From positions 138,170,261 to 138,231,427 of the forward strand of contig NC_068983.1 of the NCBI RefSeq assembly GCF_001194135.2: a stretch of 61,167 nucleotides of DNA, in the 5' to 3' direction. Position numbers and translations under genes: made by a program. Shown one piece after another: positions 13,050 to 24,781 of this stretch. The notes beneath the pieces were generated by a model, which was not told the DNA's origin, made no database searches, and was given only the letters and a program-made list of their open reading frames with translations. Origin of the DNA: Octopus bimaculoides. Its lineage: Eukaryota. Position 1 is the first letter of the stretch. Every line of letters starts with the position of its first letter.

Positions 13050-13830
13050 TGGTTTATTTTATTTATAGGTGTTTCTGAAGTATTTATTACGTTGTATAAA
13101 TAACTCTTTCTCCAACGACTTGGTCTACTAGTTTGTATGCTGTCGTTGTATGTTGTTTCGTCCTGTATGTTTCTGTACTCAGTACTTCTTTTGTGGAGGA
13201 CAATCTAAATGCTCTTCTCAAGAGGATTTTATCATTGACGTCTTATATCCGTATAGAATTCCATGTAACAACAAACATAAATTTGTGGCTTTAGTGCAGA
13301 CGGATGTGAGATATCTATTTTTATCTAAATAAAAATGTCTAGGAATAGAGTTATTTTATTCATAGGAGTTTTACACTGTTCTGTATATTGAAGTTAAGTA
13401 CAGCATTGTTGTTGGTCTTAAATCTCTCAACATTCTATAATGCGTCTGTTACTACGAGCGTTTACTTCGCGTTATTATTACTATTCTGTATTCTATTGTA
13501 ACCATACCGAACCTCGCAGATCCCTGGGTGGAGAGCCTACTTATACTTCATCTTTCTTTATTCCTGACTTCCCTTGAGAATAGCAAACGTTATTCAGTTG
13601 CAATTTTGTGCTGTATCCCAGCTGGTATTGTGTATGGTTTTATAACTGGATGTTTATATACATTATTTAATACAATATTTATTGTTTTGGTCACTGAGAC
13701 ATTAGTAAACAGATATTCGTCGTCTGAGGTGGAAAAGTCGGCAATTTGGTTATTCTTTTCCTGAGATCTCTTGGAACTATTTGGATGATTGTTTGCTCCA
13801 GTATATATTGTTTGGTAATGTTATCGATTT
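13050..13830 (-). mobile_element. Penelope-like element reverse transcriptase relic
   Basis: Minus strand: SDDEYLFTNVSVTKTINIVLNNVYKHP (cf. SLDVESLFTNVP..ETI.I) and DKNRYLTSVCTKATN...LLRRAFRLSSTKE (Penelope RT thumb, cf. T.VY.K.T...LL.RA..ISS). Heavily frameshifted. Confidence 0.7.
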
Positions 13831-14048
13831 TTTATCGATCATGTGTGTTGGTGTATTTATTTGAGAAATAATGGGTCAGATAAAATTGTTCTGTTGTTGC
13901 TGGTTCATAGTTATATGTTGCGGTGAATTCTCGTTCTGCGTAGAAAATATGAAAAACATAAAACTAGAACACGACAGAATCGGAGTTTTAATACATCTAA
14001 AGACAGCTATTTCCCATATACATACAAACGCACATGCACATACACAAA

Positions 14049-14596
14049 TACGAAGGAGTACACAAAAGTAACTGAAAACGTTCCCTGAGAGACAAACCCG
14101 TTATAGTTCGGGCTTCTGCCACAAGAAGTCACTTGATGCAACCCTCAGGCATCAGTCTGACGACCGGCGTCGGCCAGTGGGGTCGTGCTGCCACGTGGTA
14201 CGTCTTTGTTTTCCAGTGCTTTTCCCCTGTTCGTTGATTTTTACGATGGCTGAAACAAAGGAACAGCGTACTTCCGTGACTGAATGCGTGTCGAGAAATG
14301 AAAGAACAGTTGGAAGTTGATCTGGACGTTTTTTCGAAGGCTATCACTAGTGATGAAAGTTGATGCTACGGAATTTGCAGATGTGGAAGTAGTGAAGAAA
14401 AAAAAAACGACGCAGACATTAAAAGACATCACTTCGCAAAAATTCTAACACTGCCTCGAATAGTGGAAAACGTGCCTAGACCGATGCATTGCTTCAAATG
14501 GAGAATACTTTGAAGGCAATAAAAATGTAAATATGTAAATCTAAGTGAATAAAATAACATTTCAAAATTCCGCTTTCTTTTGGTTACGTCCTCGTA
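14049..14596 (+). mobile_element. Internally deleted non-autonomous mariner element with TIRs
   Basis: The ends TACGAAGGAGTACACAAAAGTAACTGAAA and TTCCGCTTTCTTTTTGGTTACGTCCTCGTA are degenerate inverted repeats bounded by TA. Inside are MAETKEQRTSV | CREMKEQLEVDLDVFSKAITSDES*CYG (ITGDESW-like) | FADVEVVKKKTTQTLKDIT...WKTCLDRCIASNGEYFEGNK. Confidence 0.85.
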
Positions 14597-15199
14597 CTTA
14601 TTCGTACACCCACACATTCACGCACGCACAGACTCAAATAAATACAAACACACACATATAAATGTTTCGACACGGATTTGGAAGTCTTATTTGAGAAGGA
14701 TATAGGCTAATGTTCACAACGTTTCCCCAAAGCCCATCCCTAATGTAGCAACTAGAGAGATCGCTACAAGCTGTTTCTAAAACAAGCAGAGTACATACCT
14801 TATCTAGCGAGAATGACTTTGCGCATTACATTTCTACTATTTGAACGCTGATGGGCGTTGTTCCAAATAGTGAAATCACTTAGAAATGACTGTAAAAAGA
14901 AAAAACAAAAAAACAAGTACTAGGAAAGCGAATTCAAGAGAACTGGTTTTCTAAGAAAGAAGAACCTGCCGTCGTGGATAGAACGTGGCATGACGGTGGA
15001 TACTAAATGGGTAAAAACAGAAAGAGAGTCAAGTGAATTGGAAGCACAAGAAAGATGATGACGCGAGACCAGGCTGTTCTGAGGTGCAGAAATCTCTGTA
15101 ATAGAAGTTTAATAACAACTACTTCTCCGTGGTTACTGTAGCGCAATTTGTTGTATTGCAATGAACCGAACCAGACTACCGGGGATATGGTGATATTAC

Positions 15200-15790
15200 A
15201 GCACAGCGAAACTTCTACAATTTCCTACATGCCAATATCTTATAGGGATGTCACTGGATACTCCTCATCTCTAATATCACTAATATCAGTGACTTCATTT
15301 CTAACCTAGATTACACATACCCCTTTCCCAACATACAGATCATGATCACTATTGCTCACTGACACACAAACGTCCCCTTATCGACCTATTGCACTCACTT
15401 CCTATATATCAGACCGTTATAGAAAAACCATTAAGAACAACTTTCTTCACCACTTTGAACCTCTTTTCTTCTGTAAAGAACACTAATAAAGAAGAATCTA
15501 TCAGAGTCTAACCCTAGAATGCGAGTGCTCCACTTGTGGTTACTCACTTTTAAATAATTTCCTAAAATTCAAAATAAAGTCCTACTTCCACATCAATGGT
15601 GGTGCCACTGTATTCAGGATAAGGGCAACATCAGGTTGTTCACATACGGTTGTTCACTTCTAGATCACATTCGTGCTATTTTCTCTATGCCTGTCGTCTA
15701 GATAAGCATTCTTGGAAGGTTTCTCTCCTATTACCACCATTCAAGCAAACCTTTTTCACTCGGTCTTTCCATTCTAGTCATTCATATTGA
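15200..15790 (+). mobile_element. CR1-like LINE relic (endonuclease end and linker)
   Basis: Pieces resembling the SDH endonuclease end (TDHDH) and the DKANLF.SVF linker motif (IQANLFHSVF). Many disablements. Confidence 0.45.
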
Positions 15791-15833
15791 GAATTTACTT
15801 CTTGCTACGTACACTAAACACTATACACAGGTC

Positions 15834-15912
15834 CTTCCTTCCTTCCTTCCTTCCTTCCTTCCTTCCTTCCTTCCTTCCTTCATTCATTCATTCCTTCCTT
15901 CCTTCCTTCCTT
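15834..15912. repeat. (TTCC)n microsatellite
   Basis: Direct observation. Confidence 0.95.
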
Positions 15913-16796
15913 AAATGTGCACCACAGTAATTCTCTCTGTGTATCTGTGCTTCATGAATCCGGTGACTTCGAAAGGAATGTTACCTGTTTTGACATACCA
16001 GCTGTATATTAGGGTCTACGGATGCCATAAGCACATCTCCTTTAACTACTTACATATTAATGGAATTCATGCAATCAATTTGAACTCCAGATCTATGAGT
16101 TCGTTATCCATTTCCCTACCTACTCGATAATTTCACTTGTATTATAATATTCATGTATGTTTTATGTACATAACCATTATTAGCCATGTTGAGAATATTG
16201 GTTTTGGTTAAAAGCCAAAGTAATGAAAACACAGCATCAGCAACTAATTATTCTAAGGCGGTTCACAGCAATACTAAGCTTGTTTATATACAAAACAGAA
16301 AAATGATTAGCAAGCTATGTGGTGTGCTGAATAATATATACCTCTACCTTCTGTCTTTGTTATATTGTTCTCAGGGCAATAAAAAATGCAAATTACATGT
16401 TATCATGAATTGAATGTAGAAGAGGAGGTGGAAGAGGGGGAGGAAGAGAGAACGTAAAGAGAGAGGATACTAAGGAAAGATATACGTCATGTCAAACCCA
16501 GAATGTTGAAGAGCAAAGTTAACCCCAACGGAGTTTGAAGTCATAAAACCACATATCTAAACAATCGCTAAAATGTTTTCTTATGCTTTATCAGTTCAGC
16601 ATTTCATCACCCTCCTAATCCATATAAAAAGGAATTCCGGTGATTTATAACAAAAGTGTTGAGCATATTTTGAAGGATAGTAAAGGGGATATTCTGACCT
16701 TCATGCATTTCCGAACAGAATAAATGAAGTGGTATGTTACTTTACAATGCAATGTGGGCCAGAATTTTCACAAGTTATCTTGTTCCGTAACCCGTG

Positions 16797-17090
16797 AAGA
16801 CGATGTCTATGAGGACGATGATGATAATGATGATGATGATGATGATGAAAACGACTCCATGATGGTAGCGATGGTTGTGATGACAATCATTGTTATCACC
16901 GATATCTTTATTATTGTCATCATTACTATCATTATTTTTCACACTCATTTTCTCTTTATGATGATCATAAGAACATCGTCATAGTAGCCGTGATGTTGAT
17001 GATGATGATGATAACAACAACAACAACAAGAAGAATAATAGTAATAATAATAATAACAGTAACCTTCATCATAATCATCATGATTGACAA
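16797..17090. repeat. Degenerate (GAT)n/(CAA)n/(TAA)n low-complexity tract
   Basis: Direct observation; source of the poly-D, poly-M and poly-I ORFs. Confidence 0.9.
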
Positions 17091-17410
17091 GACCCTCGTC
17101 AGCGTTCATGATGTATTTCTTGTCGTTGATGTTGGCAACACATTCAAGCGAAACAATTTTTTTTCACATTCCACCCATTTTAACATTGAGAAAAAAAAAA
17201 GAAAGAAAAAACCCAAGGAAAATGACAAAATAAAATTCATAAAAACAAATAAAAGAAATGATGATGTCAATGCGGGTCAAGAAATCACTCTGTGAGAATC
17301 AGTTCCGCTATTTCAGTTCTTTGATTGTCAGAAGTCCATTACGCATGAAGACACTTGTAAACATGGCATAACTTTCAGACAGAATTAATAGAACTTTAGT
17401 TCACCATTGT

Positions 17411-17441
<31 letters not shown>

Positions 17442-17622
17442 ATNNNNNNNNNNAACTTCTCTATTTCTGCCAGTAATTTTTGGTACGAACTAATAAAATT
17501 TATTCTTTTACTATATTTTTTCAAGTGTCTTAAGTTTTAGCCATACAGTTCAATCTATAATTGTTGTATGCTGCTATCTCATCTTGTCTTTTCTATTTTG
17601 TGTTTTGTTTCATTTCAATACA

Positions 17623-17771
<149 letters not shown>

Positions 17772-18096
17772 GTTTATATCTTTTTCCATTCACTCAATAA
17801 TTCATTTTTCATCCAGTAAAATTGTTTCGTTAGCCTGAAATAATAAATTCAAATCTTAAGTTAGATGTTATAAATTAGCGAATTATTCAGGTTTATATCT
17901 TTTCTCACTCGCTTAATCTTATGGAAACCGGCGAGGAATATCATGTCAGTGGACTGTAGCTGTATGTGAACGAAAATGGGTAGGTAAAAGTTCAATTGAC
18001 TACGCATCTGTTCAAATTGCAATTTACAACGTGAAACCTTGAAGGTCTATTATGAGATTTCGAGTTGCTCAAAGTAATTTTTTGAAATCAGATACA

Positions 18097-18462
18097 AGTG
18101 TTATCGCAGCTGTGTGGTAAGAAGTTTGCTTGCCAACTACATGGCATTGAGTTCACTCCTACTGCGTAGTACTATGGTCGATCAAATCATTATTAGTGAA
18201 TTTGGTTGACGGAAACTGAAAGAAGTCCGTTGTATGTACATACATATATATGTTTGTGTGTGTGCGCGCGCGTTGTCCAGTGCTTGACAAGCGGTGTTGA
18301 TGTGTTTACGTACTTGTAATTTAGTGGTTCGGTAAAAGTTACTACATTAAAAAAAAAAAGAAAAAATAAGTGCTGAGGTTGATTTGTTCGACTAAAGATC
18401 CTTCAAAGTGGTGCCCCAGCATAACTGCAGTTTAATGACTGAAAGAAGTAAAATCGATGAAA
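18097..18462 (+). mobile_element. tRNA-derived SINE, family B, near full length
   Basis: GTGTGGTAAGAAGTTTGCTT (A-box-like), GAGTTCACTCC (B-box-like), central (TA/TG) tract, and 3' ATGACTGAAAGAAGTAAAA. Homologous to 4801-5097 and 20537-20706. Confidence 0.85.
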
Positions 18463-19224
18463 AGAAAATTATGCAGAAATTGTTTGGAAACTCAATCTCG
18501 TCAAATAAATATATGTATATCAATGAGATGCCAGAACCAATATGGCAAACAAAAACAACTTGAAGTATTTGGTCCCGTTACGTTTTATGTTCCATTGTCC
18601 TTAGGTCGTTTTAGATATTCTTCCAGGTAGATAAAATAAATACCAGGAAAAGTACAAGGAGACTATATATTTAAATAAATTACTCGGAGATTATTCTCTA
18701 CCATGCCTGCAATCAATAATTAAAACTAATGCGTGGCGCGCACAACGTCCTGTATTCATTCCTGGACAAATTCTGAGCAAATGCAACTTTCTATAGTTAG
18801 GGTTGACTAATGCTTTGTAAGTAGAATTCTGTAGAAGAAAACTGTGTGCGGGTGTGTGTGTACACGCGTGTGTGTGTACGCGCGCGTGTGTGTGTTAAAC
18901 GAATTGGGCTTTTTGGCGGTGAATCGACTCGTGCTCTCTTTCTCTCTGCCGCTGTTTCCTCCACCTTTGTTCTTCTTCCTTTTTTCCTTCTTCAATGTAG
19001 TGTAATTCTTCATCAGGTTATTTGCAGAGAGAATTTCTTAATTTTGTAAATATACTTTCTTTCGAGGTTAGATTCGTCTATTTCAAAACTGAATTCCGTA
19101 TAAGATATATGCTGTTCTTTTTAAATATGAGATGGTTGTCATGAATTACTTTTCAGCTCGATGTATTTCAGACACCCTAGACTAAAAATGTAAACGTAAC
19201 ACATTATCGTCATACATGTATGGA

Positions 19225-19407
19225 AAGGCGGCACGTTGGCAGAATCCTACAGCGCTGCACAAAATGCTTAGCGTCATTTCTTCCGGTTATATGTTGCCTT
19301 CATTGCCTTTCATTGTTTTGAGATCGATAAAATAAGTACCAATTGAACATTGGGGTCGATGTGCTTAACTACCGCATACCATAAAATATTTCAGGCCTTG
19401 TGGCTAT
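19225..19407 (+). mobile_element. SINE family A, diverged
   Basis: AAGGCGGCACGTTGGCAGAATC...AAATGCTTAGCG...GATCGATAAAATAAGTACC...TGGGGTCGATG...GGCCTTGTG. Confidence 0.8.
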
Positions 19408-20536
19408 AGGAGAAAGAATAATGTTTGTATTCACCAGGATCAATAACAGTTACATTAACATATCAATAAAGACATTAAAAAAATTATCAGACACATTCTG
19501 GCTAAAGAAAACATTATTTATCAAAAGAGAAGTCTCTAACTTTATATTTTTATCTAATATTTTAATTAAATACTCTTACCTCTCTTAATTATGTATAAAA
19601 AGAAATATCACTTTCTGAAAATATTAATCGACATATGGTCTTATAAAAACAACATTCGTGACAAGAAATGCACAAACACGCGACATTGGTGTATAAGATT
19701 AAACGCACATGGATTAAAAATGCATTGAAGAATATATTCTAAAGCTTATATCTAAATGACAGCGAAATCGGTTAGTAAAATGTGATGCACTAAAATCTTC
19801 TCAGTCAAACTGTTTTTATACGAAAACTTATTTTATACTTAAACTTGTTTTATGCGNNNNNNNNNNTAAGAAAAAGGATGGTTCGGAATTTTGGATAATT
19901 ATTTATTTAACGCTTTCATCTCGTTTGAGAGATTGATCACGAATGATATTTTACAGAAAATTTATGCCTTTTATGCATATGTGAGTTGAAAAATCTACAG
20001 CATTTATTCCCGAGATGTGTGTTCGGCGAATTTCAATGATGATATATTACTTCCGTTTAATTTAGTGAATTTTCTAGATTTCATCAAATTCGATTGATTT
20101 CGTTTCGTATTTCTGTTTGCTAGAATTCAGTAGAAGTTATAGATAAGCAATTGAGACAAAACTGTCTTGTCTTTCATTCGAATACAATTGCATTTTTGTT
20201 TTTGTTTTTTTTTATAAGGAAATATTGAACTGTATATTTCAAATCACTGGAAGATATTGCTCCCTATGCACATTTCTCTAGGCACCACATCGTTGAATGA
20301 TGTCCAGTTATGATGTGTGTAGATGTATAGAAGTACATAAATAAATTAATAAATATCTTATCGTAAAATGTTTTAGAAAAAGTAAATGCTGCAGTAATGT
20401 TCATTTTAATACGGAATGATCATGTGTAATGTTGTATGGAGTATCTTAAATCGATTTTCTTAGTAAAAGCATATTTAAATGATTAAACAACGCAGTCATG
20501 AAGAAAATGTGAACACATTATACACAAACCTTGACA

Positions 20537-20706
20537 TAGGCACAGGCATGGTTGTGTGCTTAAGAAACTCACTTTGCAACCCCGTGTTTCGTATTCAGTT
20601 CCACTACGCGCACCTTGGGGAAATGTCTTCAACAATAGCTTGGGACTGACCAAGGCCGTGTGTGTTTGGTAGATAGAAACTGTGTGGAAGCCGGTCGCGT
20701 ATATAT
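20537..20706 (+). mobile_element. SINE family B, 5' half
   Basis: GGCACAGGCATGGTTGTGTG...CACCTTGGGGAAATGTCTTC...GGTAGATAGAAACTG..GAAGCC, homologous to 18097-18240. Confidence 0.8.
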
Positions 20707-21095
20707 GAAGGAGAATTCTCTGAAAAGGAATCTTAAGATTCATTTACTTGGGCGAATGAACCTCAGAAACGATTGCTGGAATACTTTATTTTATTCTAAC
20801 ATGTAATCCAAAACTCTTTTCAATGCCTATTATTTTCTCTATACCATAAAAAAAAAACGTTTTTATCTATATTCCATTATCATTATTTTTATATATCCAT
20901 ATATTTATATGTCTATGTACATTTTTAGTATTCATATATTTTTATATTTTTATATTTTTCTATCTCTAATATATCAATATATGTTTCAGCTTGGACAATT
21001 CATATATTTATCTTAATTAAACCCATATGTATATATGCATTAACCGTAGTTTGCCTGATTTGAACTTTTTCTATTGTATCCATTATACTTATATA

Positions 21096-21730
21096 TATTA
21101 GAGGTATCAAGAAGTAATGTCAAGCAAATAGTCTGTCGTTATATCACAAATAAGTCATAAGCCGATAATGGATATCCTTGCAATCAACCAATGAGTATAG
21201 CGCAAATGACCAAAACGTTTATATGGGCACACATTGTGTGTAATTGCTCTATCTGATGGCTCATGAGAGATAAAGCTTTTAATAAGCTGAGCATTCGTCA
21301 TGGCATGCTTTACAAAATTCGTCAGGGCAGTAATGCAGCATGTGCAAGGTAAATCATAGGCACTGTATATACTGATGGTGTGAGTGTTCGGAAATGCCAA
21401 AGATGGGTCGAATTCAAAAACGGTGATTTTGATCTTTTCAGTGGGTATTGATCAGGATGGGCAGCTGTTTTCAGTAACGACAGTGAAAACAATAGTTGCC
21501 GATCCGCATCTAAGGATCGGTGACGTGTTAAAACTCAGTCCACTGTGCAAAACCATATCAAAGATATTGGAAAAGTGGAAAGAAAAGCGAAGTGGGGGAC
21601 CGCACGACTGTTCCATGAAAATAATGCAGTACGTTCAACGAGATAACCAAAAAGAAAAAAAGAAAGAAAATTAATTCATGAGAATAGGAAGCTCTCCCTC
21701 ATCTTGCATCCTAGAATGTATCTGGTATTC
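21096..21730 (+). mobile_element. Mariner transposase relic (N-terminal HTH plus catalytic fragments)
   Basis: IRHGMLYKIRQGSNAACAR*IIGTVYTDGVSVRKCQRW..FKNGDFDL (mariner HTH), then RLFHENNA (cf. HDNA) and EALPHL (cf. WEVLPHP). Begins with TIR-like TATTAGAGGTATCAAGAAGTAATG. Confidence 0.8.
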
Positions 21731-24303
21731 TTAGTGTAAAATCACGCATTTTAAAATCGAACAGTGACACATAAGTATGAGCGACAATATGGCCTTTTCG
21801 TTAGTAGCGAGACTAGCAACATCGATGACAGAAGTGACCTTTCCACGCACACCTGGACTAATATAGTAACAGGAGAGCTAAATTTACGAAGTAAAGAAAA
21901 CTGCATCTTACACATGTTGATGTTTTACTTCGTCAATTATGATTTACTGGAATATTATAAATGGTGAATATGATCAAATGATCATATATGTAATATTTTA
22001 TACCATGTATATTCTGTCTGTTCAACTTATTGATTTTCATGCTTATCTTAGATCTATATCTTCCTTTTTTTTTCCATCATAAACTATTTATTTTCATTAT
22101 ATCATCTTTGACTACTTTATGTATTTGGTCAAGGATATGCTTAGTGCGATGTATTTCCGATCTACAGATTTCAGGCATTTTATATAACTTTAGAAATATG
22201 GTTTCATTCGATAGCAAGCATTCAGCGTTGCCCATTTGTATTAACTGAATACGCATCTATATGTCTTAACAAATTATGACCATAACGTAGGTTTTAGCAT
22301 ATTTATTTATTTTATTATTACAGCATTCTCTTATATTTACACTCCATGAAATTCTATCCAACTTACTCAGTAAAAACTTGTTTATTGATTTTTCTTCGTT
22401 TTTCTTCAGTAATGGTACAAGGGCGTGAATCCGTTTCCACGAGAGCGAATGTGTTTGCTAAAATGTACCGACAAGTTGCAATGATATTATTACTAAAATT
22501 AAAAAAAAAAAAATTTTAATTACTTTCCTTCATATTACTTGTATATCATTTCTTCGATTTAAAAGCAACAAAACTATACATTTAACAAAAAAAAAAAGAC
22601 AACATTTCTTTATATCAAATGTAGATACACTTAACTCTCTGTATGCATTCGTACCATATTACTGTGTAATTCTATATATAAGTTAATGTTTGTCTATGGC
22701 ACGCTATATTTCCTTAGTGGGATATAAATAACTTTTAGTTGTTTTGATTCTCAGCTTGTATAAAATCTGCATATTTTTTATATGGAATAGAAAAAAAAAA
22801 TATTTGAAAGAGAAATTAAATTATTTTCCATTATCATGATATTTATAACCCCTACAATGCAATGCTTAAACTGAAAAATAGAACTTAATATTATACGTGC
22901 ATATGCATTTGACACAATTGCCCATCTGTTATATAATTTTTTGTTTGTATGTATGAGTACACATCGTTGTGTATGAATGGCTTGCGTGTGTATAATGATA
23001 TACCCTCTCTCAGTGTTTTAACTACATGTGTGATCCCAAAGTTTTTTGTTTAGATATTTAAATTTGAAGATTCCTGTCGAATTAAAACGTTATTAAGTTT
23101 GAAAATATTTCGTTTTAAAAGTATTTGACAAAGGACTTATTACAGCTCAGTTTTAACAATGTGCTAAAAATAAATTATGTCATAAAAAAAAAAAAATTCA
23201 ACAACATGGCTAATCTAGAGATTTAATTTGCAGTAGTTGATATTTTGATGGTTCCATTGCTTCTGTTGTGTGATATTTTCACCTTCCAAGTATTTATCTG
23301 TATACGACTTTGTTAAAAAAATTTCACTTCACAAACATGTGGTTCCTGATCCTAGCATAATGCGCATCATATTAAGCAAATGTTTTGTTCTGTCATGATC
23401 ATGGCTTGGCCGATGCCATGCAAGTGAAATTTGGCCGTCGAAAATTGTAAGAAAACTTGTCACGTGCATGCGCAATGTCTCCTCCTGTCTCTCTCTTTCT
23501 CACACACACACACAGACATATACACACACAAGCACACAGACACGTGCGCGCGCATCTCTATCTCGTTCTCTAATACACACATACACACACGTGCTTCGCT
23601 GTGTCTCTCTTTGATTGTTTGCATACTGGAGTACATTCTTGCAAACATATTGTCATATTTAAGTCCACAAGGAATATAGACTAGTAAACTCAGGTAAAAC
23701 AAAAAAGTTCGATAAAATTCTACCTCGATATAAGTACCCCATAAAGGCTGTAGTGCAGCGGCTAAAGCTGGCAAAAAAGTGAAGTGGTATATATATATAT
23801 ATATATATNNNNNNNNNNNNNNNNNNNNNNNNNNNNNNNNNNNNNNNNNNNNNNNNNNNNNNNNNNNNNNNNNNNNNNNNNNNNNNNNNNNNNNNNNNNN
23901 NNNNNNNNNNNNNNNNNNNNNNNNNNNNNNNNNNNNNNNNNNNNNNNNNNNNNNNNNNNNNNNNNNNNNNNNNNNNNNNNNNNNNNNNNNNNNNNNNNNN
24001 NNNNNNNNNNNNNNNNNNNNNNNNNNNNNNNNNNNNNNNNNNNNNNNNNNNNNNNNNNNNNNNNNNNNNNNNNNNNNNNNNNNNNNNNNNNNNNNNNNNN
24101 NNNNNNNNNNNNNNNNNNNNNNNNNNNNNNNNNNNNNNNNNNNNNNNNNNNNNNNNNNNNNNNNNNNNNNNNNNNNNNNNNNNNNNNNNNNNNNNNNNNN
24201 NNNNNNNNNNNNNNNNNNNNNNNNNNNNNNNNNNNNNNNNNNNNNNNNNNNNNNNNNNNNNNNNNNNNNNNNNNNNNNNNNNNNNNNNNNNNNNNNNNNN
24301 NNN

Positions 24304-24612
24304 CAATAAATGTCCACATAGCACAAGGAGCGAAGACGAAAACAAATAAACCAGTAAAAATAACAAGATAATTCCAGATCCTGGATTTCTGGCTTTGCAT
24401 AAATAATGCTTTGCCTTCATCGGTGGAATATACTCAAGCACATAAATACAAATATATGTATATAAACAGTATACTTATATATACGGACGTATACACACAT
24501 ATATATGCACGTATGTACACGACTAGCTTAAATAGCCCGCCTAATCCAGGATCTGGAATTATCTTGTTATTTGTTTTCGTCTTCGCTCCTTGTGCTATGT
24601 GGACATTTATTG
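24304..24612. repeat. Inverted repeat pair, 24304-24387 and 24543-24612
   Basis: The arms are identical apart from a 14-nt segment missing from the right arm. Spacer is 155 nt, and the left arm abuts a gap. Confidence 0.9.
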
Positions 24613-24747
24613 TGGTTTAGAGTCAAGATTTGACTGCTATTTTTCAGCGTGGCGGTATCTCTTAGATACCCTGTATTATAATTTTATATATATATGTATA
24701 TATACATGTATGTGTGTGTGTGTGTGTACATGCGTGCGTGTGCGTGG

Positions 24748-24781
<34 letters not shown>

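Noticed and set aside
14830-14876. Imperfect ~47-nt hairpin as a possible pre-miRNA
   Set aside because: It is too short and has a 4-nt bulge, and the pairing does not extend into the flanks.
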